A DNA stretch of 64,000 bases, taken from positions 41,187-105,186 of the forward strand of contig CAWALG010000030.1 in assembly GCA_963782815.1 (NCBI GenBank), written 5' to 3'. Shown piece by piece: positions 40,367 through 50,519 of the stretch (within the stretch, counting starts at the first letter, position 1; the number at the start of each line of letters is the position of its first letter). The position numbers and the translations under genes were made by a program. The stretch is from an uncultured Acidobacteriota bacterium. Lineage in GTDB: Bacteria > Acidobacteriota > Thermoanaerobaculia > UBA5066 > Gp7-AA6. The notes beneath the pieces are model-generated. The model worked only from the letters and a program-made list of their open reading frames with translations. It ran no database searches and had not been told where the DNA came from.

Positions 40367-41549
40367 CTATTCCCGCAGGTCGCCGTTTCCCTCGACTACC
40401 CACTTGTAGGTCGTCATCTCCTCGAGGCCCATGGGGCCTCGGGCGTGGAGCTTGTCGGTCGAGATGCCGACTTCGGCGCCGAGGCCGAAGACGCCGCCGT
40501 CGGCGAGGCGCGTCGAGGCGTTCCACAGGACCGTCGCGGAGTCGACTTCGGCGAGGAAGCGGCGCGCGGCGGCGCGGTCGCGCGTCACGATCGCGTCCGT
40601 GTGGTGCGAGCCATGCCGCTCGACGTGCGCGATCGCGTCGTCGAGGGAGTCCACGATCCGCACGGCGAGAATTCGGTCGAGGTACTCCTCGTCCCAGTCG
40701 GCGTCCGTCGCCGCCTTCATCGGGAGGAGCGCCCGGGCGCGCGGGTCGCCGCGAAGCTCCACGTTGAGCGCCGCGAGGCGCGGGACGAAGCTTCGGGGCG
40801 ATCGCGGCATGGACGATCACCTTCTCCGCCGCGTTGCACGTCGCGGGGCGCTGGCACTTCGCGTTCTCGAGGACCCGGAAGGCCATGTCGAGGTCCGCGC
40901 GGCGGTCCACGTAGACGTGGCAGTTCCCCTTGAAGTGTTTGAGGATCGGGATCTTCGTCTGCGCGGCGACCGCGCGGATCAAGCCCTCGCCGCCGCGCGG
41001 GATGACGAGGTCGATCGAGTCGTCCATCGCGAGGAGCGCGGAGACTTCGTCGTGCCCGCCGGTGACGAGCTGGATCGCGCCGTCGGGGATCGCGCCCTTC
41101 ATCGCCTCGAAGAGCGCCATGTTCGTGTGGCGCGCCTCGGAGCCCCCCTTGAGGATCGCGGCGTTCCCGCTCTTCAAGCAGAGCGCGGCCGCTTCCGCCG
41201 TCACGCCCGGCCGCGCCTCGTAGACGAAGAGGACGACGCCGATCGGCACGCGCACGCGGGAGAGCCGGAAGCGTCCCTTCGGCCGGCGCTTCTCGATACG
41301 TCCGACCGGATCCGGGAGCCCGGCGACGTCGCGCAGACCCCGGGCGACGGCGTCCACGTCGATCCGGAGACGGTCCTTCTTCGCGTCGGGCAGGTCCGCG
41401 GCGAGGTCCTTCGCGTTCGCCGACTCGATCTCCGCGCGGCGCGCGAGGATCGCCTTCGCCATCTCGCGCAAGGCGCGGTTCTTCTTCGCGGTGGACATCG
41501 TGCGGAGCGCGCGAGCCGCCGCCTGCGCGCGCAGGCCGACGTCCCTCAC
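40367..41549 (-). CDS. proA: gamma-glutamyl phosphate reductase ProA (apparent frameshift near 40800)
   Basis: The GTG at 41549 overlaps the proB stop (GTGA). ...[27 protein letters not shown]...[13 protein letters not shown]...[10 protein letters not shown] is in ORF 40293..41741. The C-part ...[11 protein letters not shown]...[41 protein letters not shown] is in ORF 40367..40810. Confidence 0.9.
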
Positions 41550-42622
41550 AGGATCACCAGGTTGTCGCGGTGGATCACCTCGTCGAACTCCTTTGCGCCG
41601 AGCACGTCCGCGATCTCGGAGGTCTTCTTGCCGAGGATCCGCCGCACGCTCGAGGCGGGGTAGTTCGAGAGGCCCTTCGCGAACGGCCCGCCAGGGCCGA
41701 CGACGAGGACGACGTCGCCCGCGTCGAAGTCCCCGTCGCACGCGGTGATGCCGACGGCGAGGAGACTCCGGCCGTCCCCCTTGAGCGCGCGCTCGCCCCC
41801 TTCGTCCACGACGAGACGCCCCGCTTCCGCGATTCCCGCGACCCAGCGGCTGCGCGACGCGAGCTCCCCGCGCGCGACGAAATGCGTCCCGATGGGCTCG
41901 CCCGCGAGGATCGCGCCGAGGGAGTCCTTCTTTCCGTTCGCGAGCACGAGATGCCCGCCCGCGCGCGTGACCGTTCGGGCGGCCTGGAGCTTCGTCGTCA
42001 TGCCGCCGGACCCGCCGCCGGGCCCGGCCGCCGCCTGCATCCGCGGCGTGACTTCCTCGATCTCGGGGACGACGCGTCCGTCCAGGAGGAACCCGTCCAC
42101 GTCCGTCAGGAGCACCGTGACCTGCGCATCGACAAGCCCGGCCACGAGCGCGGCGAGCGTGTCGTTGTCGCCGAAGCGGATCTCGTCCACCGACACGGTG
42201 TCGTTCTCGTTGACGACCGGAAGGACCGCCCTGTCCTCGAGCGCCGCGAGAAGGTTGCGGATGTTCAAGTAGCGGCGGCGGTCGCGGAAGTCTTCGTGCG
42301 TGAGCAGGAGCTGCGCGACGGCGTAGCCTTCCTGCGCGAGGAGCCGGTCGTAGGCGTCCATGAGGAGCGTCTGCCCGACGGCGGCGCAGGCCTGCAGCTC
42401 CGGGATCGTCGTGGGCCGCTTCGCGTATCCGAGCCGCACGCGCCCGACGCCGATCGCGCCCGACGTGACGAGCACCGGCCGGACACCGCCGCGGTGGAGC
42501 GAGACGAGGTCGCGCAGGTGGCGCTCGACGACGGGCAGATCGAGGAGCCCGCGCGCGTCGAGGAGGCTCGACGTGCCGATCTTCACGACGACGCGCCGGG
42601 CGGCCTGAAGCTCACTTCGCAT
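41546..42622 (-). CDS. proB: glutamate 5-kinase ProB (with PUA domain)
   Basis: The internal ATG at 42622 gives MRSELQAARRVVVKIGTSSL. TSGAIGVGR, NENDTVSVDEIRFGDNDTLAALVA, GSGGMTTKLQAA and a PUA-like C-terminus are present. Confidence 0.9.
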   Translation of the reverse strand: MRSELQAARRVVVKIGTSSLLDARGLLDLPVVERHLRDLVSLHRGGVRPVLVTSGAIGVGRVRLGYAKRPTTIPELQACAAVGQTLLMDAYDRLLAQEGYAVAQLLLTHEDFRDRRRYLNIRNLLAALEDRAVLPVVNENDTVSVDEIRFGDNDTLAALVAGLVDAQVTVLLTDVDGFLLDGRVVPEIEEVTPRMQAAAGPGGGSGGMTTKLQAARTVTRAGGHLVLANGKKDSLGAILAGEPIGTHFVARGELASRSRWVAGIAEAGRLVVDEGGERALKGDGRSLLAVGITACDGDFDAGDVVLVVGPGGPFAKGLSNYPASSVRRILGKKTSEIADVLGAKEFDEVIHRDNLVIL

Positions 42623-42700
42623 CGCGGGCCGGCAACGATCGAGGTCCGAGAACACGCATGCGTGCATTCTCGCGCAAACGGTCCGAGGGAGTGGCTGTTG

Positions 42701-43511
42701 CTAGGCCGACACGTGGGGGACCCGGGGGACGACAAACGCCGGATCCACCTGCCAGAGCTCCTCCGATCGGACAAGCCGCGCGAGGGTCAACGCGGAGGAG
42801 GAGACGCTCGGGGCGATCCCGATGACGCAGGCCTCCTCGACGGCCGGGATTCCCGGGGTGAGACCTTCCGTCGGCGCGGGAGAGGGGCATACGCGTTCCC
42901 AGTAGCGCAGCGTCACGTAGGCGCTGTCCCCCGACTTCGGGCGCTCGCAGCGTGGCGCCTCGCGAGAGGCTGATCTCCTCGCCGCGGGCGTCGACCGCGT
43001 AGCCGGGGTCGATGACGATGCGGACGGCGTCGGGATCGGTCGCGGATTCGACGCGGACTCCGAGCCCGGAGACGACGCCGTATCCGAGGAGCGCGCGGTT
43101 GTGAAGACGGCGTTTCTCGCGCTGATAGTCCTGCTCGGCCGCGAGAGCCTCGGCATCGAGCAGCTGCCCGGCGAAGAAGAGGGGGCGCTTCACGACCTCG
43201 CATCCGGCGTCGGGAACGCCGCCGATTGCCGCCAGAGCCGCGGCCGCCCGCAATGCGGCGTTGCGCCCCTCCGGGATCTGGTTGGCGCGGAAGAGGAGGC
43301 TCTCCGCGAGGAACGCGAAAATCTCGAGCAGCGTCACGCCCGGATCCGATTCGTTGTCATCGGTCCACTCCGGAACATGGGCTCGCAGGGTCCGCCGGAA
43401 CTCGGCGGCGAGAGATTCCAGCGCCGCGTCGTCCGTCGAGATTCCAGGAATGGGCTGAACGCCCGTGTCGATCTCTTCCACGTAGACGCCCGGGTACAGG
43501 TATTCCGGCAT
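42701..43511 (-). CDS. orphan phage-tail-like mosaic protein: sheath-type N-terminal motif plus baseplate-J-like N-domain (apparent frameshift near 42945)
   Basis: MPEYLYPGVYVEEIDTGVQPIPGIST is the canonical tail-sheath N-terminus. WTDDNESDPGVTLLEIFAFLAESLLFRANQIPE is a baseplate J/gp47-type motif. ...FFAGQLLDAEALAAEQDYQREKRRLHNRALLGYGVVSGLGV follows. The tail ...KSGDSAYVTLRYWERVCPSP...LTLARLV...* is in ORF 42701..43156. Confidence 0.6.
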
Positions 43512-43627
43512 CGTAGTTCTCCTCGGCGAGCTCCGCGGCGAGGCGAGGCCCGAAATGATAGCCGAGAAAACGGACGAGAAGGCCGATGGCAGAGATCTTG
43601 CTCTTTCTCGACGGTGGAGGCCTGCCC

Positions 43628-44566
43628 ATGCAAATTCTCGTGACGGGCGCGACCGGTGTCGTCGGCCGCCGGGTCGTACCGCTTCTGATCGGCGCCGGGC
43701 ATCGCGTGACGGCGATCGGCCGGTCGGTCGAGAAACTGGCGGTCGTCGCGCGGCAGGGGGCCTCGACCTCGCGTGGCGATCTCTTCGACCCGAATGCGCT
43801 GCGCGCCGCTGCCGCCGGGTGCGATGCGGTCGTCAATCTCGCGACGCACATGCCGCAGTCCATGTTGCGGGTGATGATGCCGGGGGCGTGGACGGAGAAC
43901 GATCGGATCCGGAGGGTCGGGTCGGCCAACCTCGTGGACGCCGCGATTGCCGCGGGCGTTTCGCGGTTTGTGCAGGAGTCCTTCGCTCCCGCGTACCCGG
44001 ACCGCGGCGATCAGTGGATCGGAGAGGAGACGCCGCTGCGCCCGACCAGATACAACAGGACGATCCTCGACGCGGAGGCTTCGGCGGCCCGATTCGCAGC
44101 GAGCGGCGGGGCCGGCGTCGTGCTCCGTTTCGGGGCGTTCTATGGGCCGGATTCCCGATTCCTGCTGGAGATGATTCCCCTGGTGCGCCGCGGATGGGCG
44201 CCGTTGCCCGGAGCTCCCGAGAGCTTCGTTTCGCCGCTCTCGCACGACGACGCGGCGGCGGCGGTGGTCGCCGCGCTGCAGCTTGACGCCGGGATCTACA
44301 ACGTGACCGACGACGAGCCCGTGCCGCGGCGCGAGTATTTCGACACGCTGGCGGCGGCTCTCGGAGCGCCGGCGCCGAGGTTCCCGCCCGGTTGGGCCGT
44401 CAAGCTGATGGGCTCTACCGGCGAGCTCCTGTCGCGCTCGCAGCGCATCTCCAACCGGAAGCTCCGGAGCCGATCCTCGTGGACCCCGAAGTACCCGAGC
44501 GTGCGCGAGGGGTGGCACGCGGTCGTCCCCGGCATCGAGAAGAGCGCCCGCTCCGCCGCCGCCTGA
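43628..44566 (+). CDS. NAD-dependent epimerase/dehydratase family (atypical SDR)
   Basis: The in-frame ATG at 43628 gives MQILVTGATGVVGRRVV (Rossmann TGxxGxxG). The ORF is intact to 44566. Confidence 0.8.
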   Translation: MQILVTGATGVVGRRVVPLLIGAGHRVTAIGRSVEKLAVVARQGASTSRGDLFDPNALRAAAAGCDAVVNLATHMPQSMLRVMMPGAWTENDRIRRVGSANLVDAAIAAGVSRFVQESFAPAYPDRGDQWIGEETPLRPTRYNRTILDAEASAARFAASGGAGVVLRFGAFYGPDSRFLLEMIPLVRRGWAPLPGAPESFVSPLSHDDAAAAVVAALQLDAGIYNVTDDEPVPRREYFDTLAAALGAPAPRFPPGWAVKLMGSTGELLSRSQRISNRKLRSRSSWTPKYPSVREGWHAVVPGIEKSARSAAA

Positions 44567-44658
44567 CGTTTCCCGCCTCGATCTCTCCTGGAACTAGAAT
44601 AGGCAATCCGGGGTCGCTCGATCGCCCGCCTGCTTCGCGCGCGGAGAAGGAGTGCAAC

Positions 44659-46907
44659 ATGGTCAGAGCCCGGTTCGGATTGCTCCCCGGCGTCCTTTCT
44701 CTCCTCTTCCTCTCCTCGTCCCGGCCGTCCTCTCGTGCAGGAAAGAGGAGAAGCCGGCGAGTCCGCCGCCGGCCCAGAAGGTCGCGCTGCACGACGAGAA
44801 GATGAAAGAGACGAAGGTGGACGTCTTCCCCGGGATGGACGGCCCCGATCTCGGGCTGACGGAAGACGACATCCGCGGGCGCGTGGTGTGGAACCTCTGG
44901 GTCGGCGACAGCGGCGAGATGTGGGACTTTCTCGCTCAGCACGGCTTCGGCACCGCGGATCTGATCAAGACGATCGACTCGCGCCGCCGCGCCCATCGCT
45001 TCGCGGAGATCGGCATCGTCAACCAGCCGGGATTCCAGGCGGCCGCCAGGCCCGACCCCTACGGCCTGTTCCTCGACGAGCCGAAGCCCGGCGACCCCGA
45101 CGGGCAGATCGATCAGAAGATCGACGAGTACACCTACGGCCGCTCCTCCGGCGTGGTCGGCCTGCGCATCTCCAACAACAAGAGGTTCGACTCCGCCGCG
45201 AAGGCCGAATGGATGAAACACGTCGCGGCCGACGGCGTCAACCACGACTATTACGAGAACCCGGACTACTTCAACGATCCGAAGCTCGTCCGCCCCTACG
45301 TCGTCGGCATGGCCTGCGCGTTCTGCCACGTGGGTCCCGACCCGGTCCGGCCGCCGGCCGACCCGGAGAATCCGAAGTGGGAGAACCTGAACGACTACGT
45401 CGGCGCGCAGTACTTCAAGGTCTGGGAGGTCTTCGTCCCGCGCCTCCCCGGCGGCGCGCAGCAGGAAGACAGCTTCGTCTGGCAGCTCATCCACTCGAAC
45501 CCGCAGGGGACGCTCGACACGTCCTTCATCGCCACCGACTACCTGAACAATCCCGGCACGATGAACGGCGTGTACAGCCTGAAGGCGCGCCTCTCGCGGG
45601 CGCAGAGCGAGCACATCACCGGCGGGGCTCTCAACCTGCACGGCGTGACGGATCCCATGGACGTCCCGCGCGTGCTCAAGCAGGGCGACGACTCGGTCGG
45701 GTTCACGGCGGCCTTGAGCCGCGTCTACGTCAACATCGGCGAGGCCTGGCCGGAATGGCAGAAGCATTTCCGGCCGCTCATCGGCGGACCGGACAGCAAG
45801 GGACGTCAGAGCCCCGTCCCCGTCGACACGATGCAGCGGACTTCCGCGTACTGGAACTGGAGCGAGGAGCGCTCGCCTTACCTCGCGGGGTATCTGATCA
45901 AGGTCGCCAGGCCGCTGCTGCTCAAGGACGCGCCGGGCGGAGCGCAGTACCTGACGAAGGACCCGCAGGTGCTCGAGCGCGGGAAGGCCGTCTTCGCCGA
46001 GAACTGCGCGGGCTGCCACTCGAGCAAGCAGCCCCCGGAGGGCACCGACCAGCAGAAGGCGGTGGAGTGGTTCCGCCAGCAGGTGGCGAGCGACCCGAGC
46101 TTCTTCACCGACAACTTCCTCGCCGACGAGCGCCGCCACAAGGTGACCGACATCGGCACCAATGCCACTCGCGCGGCGGGCACCAACGCCACGCGCGGCC
46201 ACATCTGGGACAACTTCTCGTCGGAGACGTACAAGACTCTGCTTCCGGTGGGAACGTTCCAGGTCGAAAACCCGTGGGAGAACAACGCCAGGTCGATCCC
46301 GGTCACCATCCCGCTCGCCGGAGAGGAGCAGGGTCCGGGGTACTACCGTCCGCCCTCCCTGATCAGCCTCTGGTCGAGCGCGCCGTTCCTTCACAACAAC
46401 AGCGTCGGCGAGGACTTCGGCGATCCGTCCGTCGCCGGCCGCATGCGCGCGTTCCAGGACGGGATCGAAAGGATGTTGTTGGTCAAGCCGCGGGCCAACA
46501 AGGTCTGGCGGACCACCAGGACGAGCTACATCAACATTCCAATGGCCTACGTCCCGGATCTGCTGCAGAAGATGATCGTCGATCCGCATCTCCTCGACGG
46601 CAAGGGCAACCTCCGGATCGGGCCCATCCCGGCGGGCACGCCGATCAACCTGCTGGCGAACACGAATCTCGACGCTCCTCTCGCCGATTTCACGGAGCTG
46701 ATGCTGCACCTCGTCCCCGCCCTCGTCGACATCCGCATGAAGAACATGAACGATCAACAGGCGAAGGAACGCTTCCAGCGGGTCGTGCCGTACCTGATCA
46801 AAGTGAACAAGTGTCCGGACTTCATCGAGGACAAGGGTCACCTCTTCGGCACGAACCTGCCCCTGGCCGACAGGAAGGCGCTGATCGAGCTTCTGAAGAC
46901 GTTCTGA
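44659..46907 (+). CDS. di-haem c-type cytochrome lipoprotein (peroxidase/oxidase-like), apparent frameshift near 44705
   Basis: ATG at 44659 follows ggagaaggag, giving MVRARFGLLPGVLSLLFL, joined to ..LLVPAVLSC (lipobox). There are two CxxCH sites (MACAFCHVG, NCAGCHSS). RPPSLISLWSSAPFLHNNSVG resembles the distal-haem region of di-haem peroxidase-like enzymes. Confidence 0.75.
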
Positions 46908-46922
46908 GGCGAGGAGGGGCCG

Positions 46923-48803
46923 ATCGAAACGCCGGGCGAGAGCTACGAGTACATCGTCGTCGGGTCGGGAGCCGGAGGAGGACCCCTTGCGGCCAACCTC
47001 GCGCGGGCCGGACGGAGCGTGCTGCTCCTCGAGGCGGGGAGCGATCCGGAGACCTATCTCTATCAGGTTCCGTGTTTTCACCCCTCCTCGACGGAGGAGA
47101 AGGCGATGGCGTGGAACTACTTCGTTCACCACTACAGCAAGGACGAAGAGCGGGACGAGAAATACCGGGCAGCCCAGGGAGGAGTCCTGTACCCGCGCGC
47201 CGGCACCCTGGGCGGCTGCACCGCGCACAACGCGATGATCACCGTGGTCCCGCACGACAGCGACTGGGACTCGATCGCCGGATTGACCGGCGACCGCTCG
47301 TGGCGCGCGGCGAACATGCGCCGGTATTTTCAGCGCGTGGAGCGGTGCGCGTACGCGTCGCCGCCGGAGGCTGGCCACGGCTCCTCGGGATGGCTCACCG
47401 TCAGCAAGGTCGATCCCTCGATGGCCATCGGCGACATGCAGGTCGCGCACACGGTCATCGACGCGGCGCTGCAATCCGCGCGGGGCGGCTTCTTCGGCTT
47501 CCTGAAGAGGGTCTTCCGGTTCCTCGAGACGGGCGACGACCCCAACGACGCGCGCAACGGAGCCGCCAACGAGGGGGTCGTCACCACCATCCCGCTTGCG
47601 ACATCGGGCGGACGGCGCAACGGCACGCGCGAGTTCATCCGCCGCGTGCAGAAGGAGTGTCCCGGCCGGCTGACGGTTCGGATGAACAGCCTCGCCACGC
47701 GCGTGATCCTGGACGACGAGCAGCGCGCCGCCGGCGTCGAGTGCCTCGAAGGACGGCACCTCTACCGCGCCGACCCGGATTGGTCCGCCGCGGCTGCCGG
47801 CGCGACGAGGCGGTATTCCTGCAGCCGGGAGGTCATCCTCGCCGGCGGCGCGTTCAACACTCCGCAGCTCCTGATGCTCTCCGGCATCGGCCCGAGGGGG
47901 CATCTGGCCGAGAAGGGCATTGCGTGCCGCGTCGACCGCCCCGGCGTCGGCCGCAACCTGCAGGACCGCTACGAGGTTGCCGTCGTCTCCACGATGAAGC
48001 GGGACTTCGAGATGCTCTCGGGCGCGACGTTCCAGCCGCCGGCGGAAGGGGAGGAAGGCGACCCCTGTTTCCGCGAGTGGCTGGATGGAGAGGGCATCTA
48101 CACCTCCAACGGCGCCATCGCCGCGGTGATCAGGAAATCCGACCGGAGGAAGCGCGATCCCGACCTTTTTCTCTTCGGCGTGCCGGGGAAGTTCACCGGC
48201 TACTACCCCGGATACTCCGCCGATCTCGAGCGATCGAAGAACTGCCTCACCTGGGCGATCATCAAGGGGCACACCAACAACACCGGCGGCACGGTCCGGC
48301 TCCGGTCGAACGACCCGCGCGACACGCCCGAAGTTCATTTTCACTACTTCGAGGAAGGGACCGATCCGGGCGGCGAGGACCTCCGGTCCGTGGTGAAGGC
48401 GATCGAATTCGTGCGGGCCATGAACGATCGCAACGAGACCATCCGGGAGGAGAAGGTGCCGGGCAGGCACCGGCAGGGCAAAGAGCTCGAGAAGTGGATT
48501 GCCGACAACGCCTGGGGACATCATGCGTCGTGCAGCTGCCGTATCGGGCGGCCCGACGACCCGATGGCGGTCGTCGACAGCCGCTTTCGCGTGATCGGCG
48601 CGAGGGGTTTGCGGGTGGTGGACGCGTCGGTCTTCCCGAGAATTCCGGGGTTCTTCATCGTCAGCGCGATTTACATGGTCAGCGAGAAGGCGGCCGACGT
48701 CATCCTGGCCGACGCCGCCGGGGAAACGGAAGAAGAGAGAGGAGGAAGGAACCATGGCTTACGAAGTGGCGCAGCTTCTGAAAATGTCTCAAGCCCAGCT
48801 TGA
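46923..48803 (+). CDS. GMC-family FAD oxidoreductase (start codon unresolved)
   Basis: [23 protein letters not shown] (GxGxxG) starts at 46944. The C-terminal GMC signature is ...[42 protein letters not shown]. The frame is continuous with the upstream TGA (46905-46907) and has no ATG/GTG/TTG/CTG before the Rossmann motif. ATC at 46923 lies 3-6 nt after gaggagggg. Confidence 0.8.
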   Translation: METPGESYEYIVVGSGAGGGPLAANLARAGRSVLLLEAGSDPETYLYQVPCFHPSSTEEKAMAWNYFVHHYSKDEERDEKYRAAQGGVLYPRAGTLGGCTAHNAMITVVPHDSDWDSIAGLTGDRSWRAANMRRYFQRVERCAYASPPEAGHGSSGWLTVSKVDPSMAIGDMQVAHTVIDAALQSARGGFFGFLKRVFRFLETGDDPNDARNGAANEGVVTTIPLATSGGRRNGTREFIRRVQKECPGRLTVRMNSLATRVILDDEQRAAGVECLEGRHLYRADPDWSAAAAGATRRYSCSREVILAGGAFNTPQLLMLSGIGPRGHLAEKGIACRVDRPGVGRNLQDRYEVAVVSTMKRDFEMLSGATFQPPAEGEEGDPCFREWLDGEGIYTSNGAIAAVIRKSDRRKRDPDLFLFGVPGKFTGYYPGYSADLERSKNCLTWAIIKGHTNNTGGTVRLRSNDPRDTPEVHFHYFEEGTDPGGEDLRSVVKAIEFVRAMNDRNETIREEKVPGRHRQGKELEKWIADNAWGHHASCSCRIGRPDDPMAVVDSRFRVIGARGLRVVDASVFPRIPGFFIVSAIYMVSEKAADVILADAAGETEEERGGRNHGLRSGAASENVSSPA

Positions 48804-49185
48804 CGAGCTCTTTACCGGGAGCCCGGCCGGCGAGATACCGGACGGGGAGGCGCGGGGAACGGCCATCGTCGCCCCGGGCACCACCTACACCGCCGAGATC
48901 GCGCAGTTCATCAATCACTTCGCCTGGCAAGGCAAGACCTTCGATGCGAAGCACGGCTCCCTGCGAAACCGGATCCTCCCCTTCGGCTTGAACGCGATCA
49001 TCGCCAGGGTCTACAAGGGGGAGAGCTGGCTCGATCACAAGGAGTGCATCGTCCTCGATTATTCCGAGACCTCGGTCGTCGCGCAGTGGATCCGCGACGA
49101 AATCCGGCAGATCGGCCCGCGCATCTACCTGGGGAAGGTCTACTGGAACAAGAGCCGCCTGATCGACTTCGCGATCGAGTTCTGA
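48754..49185 (+). CDS. hypothetical protein (143 aa)
   Basis: Intact ORF. ATG follows aggaggaagg. HFAWQGKTF...IVLDYSETSVVAQWIRDEIRQIGPRIYLGKVYW is faintly reminiscent of GXWXG/DUF4334-type proteins, with low certainty. Confidence 0.6.
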   Translation: MAYEVAQLLKMSQAQLDELFTGSPAGEIPDGEARGTAIVAPGTTYTAEIAQFINHFAWQGKTFDAKHGSLRNRILPFGLNAIIARVYKGESWLDHKECIVLDYSETSVVAQWIRDEIRQIGPRIYLGKVYWNKSRLIDFAIEF

Positions 49186-49201
49186 GCGGCCGCGGCCGGC
49201 C

Positions 49202-50506
49202 ATGACGCCTCAGTCGAGCTTCACGATCGTTTCGCCGATCCTCCCGGACCGGGTGGACGGCCTGCGCGGGCTCCTCGCGTCCATGAACCACCGCCCGGGA
49301 GTGGCCAATCCGCAAAACGATCTCGTCCCCTTCGGCCGTCTCGACCGGCTCCATTTCGCCCGGCTCGTGATCCTCGACGACAAGACCCGGAGCGACATCG
49401 AGGTCTATGGTCTGCCGCCGGCGGACTTCGGTCTTTCCCTCGCATTTCTCGCGGACTTCGACGGGCCGGCCGGCGAGTTCCTCGCGGACATGGTCCGGCT
49501 CTCCGGCGACGGCCTGCGCCGCATCTTCGCGCATTGCGAGGGCTTCCATCCGGACACCGACCTGCTGCGCTGGATGCGGGACCGCGACCACTCGCCGGCC
49601 GGCGCTTATGTGAACTGGCTGGGGCGCACGGCGCGGCAGATCCGCGAGGAGGCCGCGCTGCGGGATGCCCTCGTGACGCGCCTGCGCGAGGAGGCCTCCG
49701 CGGCCGCGGGCGGCGACCCTCAGCGGGTGCGGGACGATCTGGTGCGGTTCGCGCGTGAGGAGGTGGAGGCGGGCAGGCTCACCCTGACGGCTCCGGAGCC
49801 CACGCCGCTCCCCTGGCGTCTGCGCAACCTGTCTCACGCCATCGGAGTGCCCTTCCTGCTGCTGCTCCTGACGCCATTCCTGCTGCTGTACCTCCCGCTG
49901 TTCCTCTACCAGCTCCGCCGCCGGGAGACGCGGGACCCCGAGATCGTTCCGGCGCCGGATTCCGGTCTCGCCTCGAGGCTGGCGGACCTCGAAGATCACG
50001 GCGTGACGAACCAGTTCAGCGCGCTCGGGACCTTGAAGCCCGGTCTCTTCCGCCGCTCGACCGTGGTTTTCTTCCTCTGGGTCCTGGACTACGCGGCCCG
50101 GCACATCTACAACCGCGGCCACTTGACGCGGGTCAGCACGATCCATTTCGCGCGCTGGGTCTTTCTGGACGGCAAGAAGCGCCTTCTCTTCGCGAGCAAC
50201 TACGACGGAAGCCTGGAGAGTTACATGGACGACTTCATCAACAAGGTCGGCTGGGGCTTGAACCTGGTGTTCAGCAACGGCGTGGGGTACCCGCGGACGG
50301 ACTGGCTCGTCCTGGCGGGCGCGAAGGACGAGCAGAAGTTCAAGCGATTCATCCGGCGGCACGAGCTGCCGACGGAGGTCTGGTACAACCCTCATCCCGG
50401 GCTGACGGCGATCGACCTGGATCGAAATACCCGCATCCGGCGGGGACTCGAGCAGCCGGCGCCGGCGCAAGCGGAGATCCGCGAGTGGCTGGGGCTGCTG
50501 TGCTAG
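49202..50506 (+). CDS. uncharacterised DyP-associated membrane protein with two H-F-A-R-[LW]-V domains
   Basis: Intact 434-aa ORF. Domain 1 is FTIVSPILPDRV...LDRLHFARLVILDD...LAFLADFDGPAGEFLADM. A central hydrophobic segment is VPFLLLLLTPFLLLYLPLFLY. Domain 2 is VSTIHFARWVFLDGKKRLLFASNYDGSLESYMDDFINKVG...FIRRHELPTEVWYNPHPGLTAIDL. It sits 13 nt upstream of DyP. Confidence 0.75.
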   Translation: MTPQSSFTIVSPILPDRVDGLRGLLASMNHRPGVANPQNDLVPFGRLDRLHFARLVILDDKTRSDIEVYGLPPADFGLSLAFLADFDGPAGEFLADMVRLSGDGLRRIFAHCEGFHPDTDLLRWMRDRDHSPAGAYVNWLGRTARQIREEAALRDALVTRLREEASAAAGGDPQRVRDDLVRFAREEVEAGRLTLTAPEPTPLPWRLRNLSHAIGVPFLLLLLTPFLLLYLPLFLYQLRRRETRDPEIVPAPDSGLASRLADLEDHGVTNQFSALGTLKPGLFRRSTVVFFLWVLDYAARHIYNRGHLTRVSTIHFARWVFLDGKKRLLFASNYDGSLESYMDDFINKVGWGLNLVFSNGVGYPRTDWLVLAGAKDEQKFKRFIRRHELPTEVWYNPHPGLTAIDLDRNTRIRRGLEQPAPAQAEIREWLGLLC

Positions 50507-50519
50507 GAGCGGACTGACC

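Noticed and set aside
46905-46907. In-frame TGA between the di-haem protein and the GMC oxidoreductase as selenocysteine
   Set aside because: I see no convincing SECIS-like hairpin immediately downstream, and neither family is a known selenoprotein. A non-canonical or erroneous start codon is simpler. It is kept as a finding only for the start-codon anomaly.
44415-48781. Very long ORFs 44415..48755 (-, 1446 aa) and 44735..48781 (+, 1348 aa). Similar ones are 7029..9992 (+), 7171..10866 (-), 12271..14067 (-), 50785..53436 (+, downstream part) and 49..1119 (+).
   Set aside because: They are Arg/Pro/Gly/Ala-rich low-complexity translations with no motifs, lying opposite to or out of frame with genes that have clear family signatures. 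These are typical stop-poor shadow ORFs of ~70% GC DNA.
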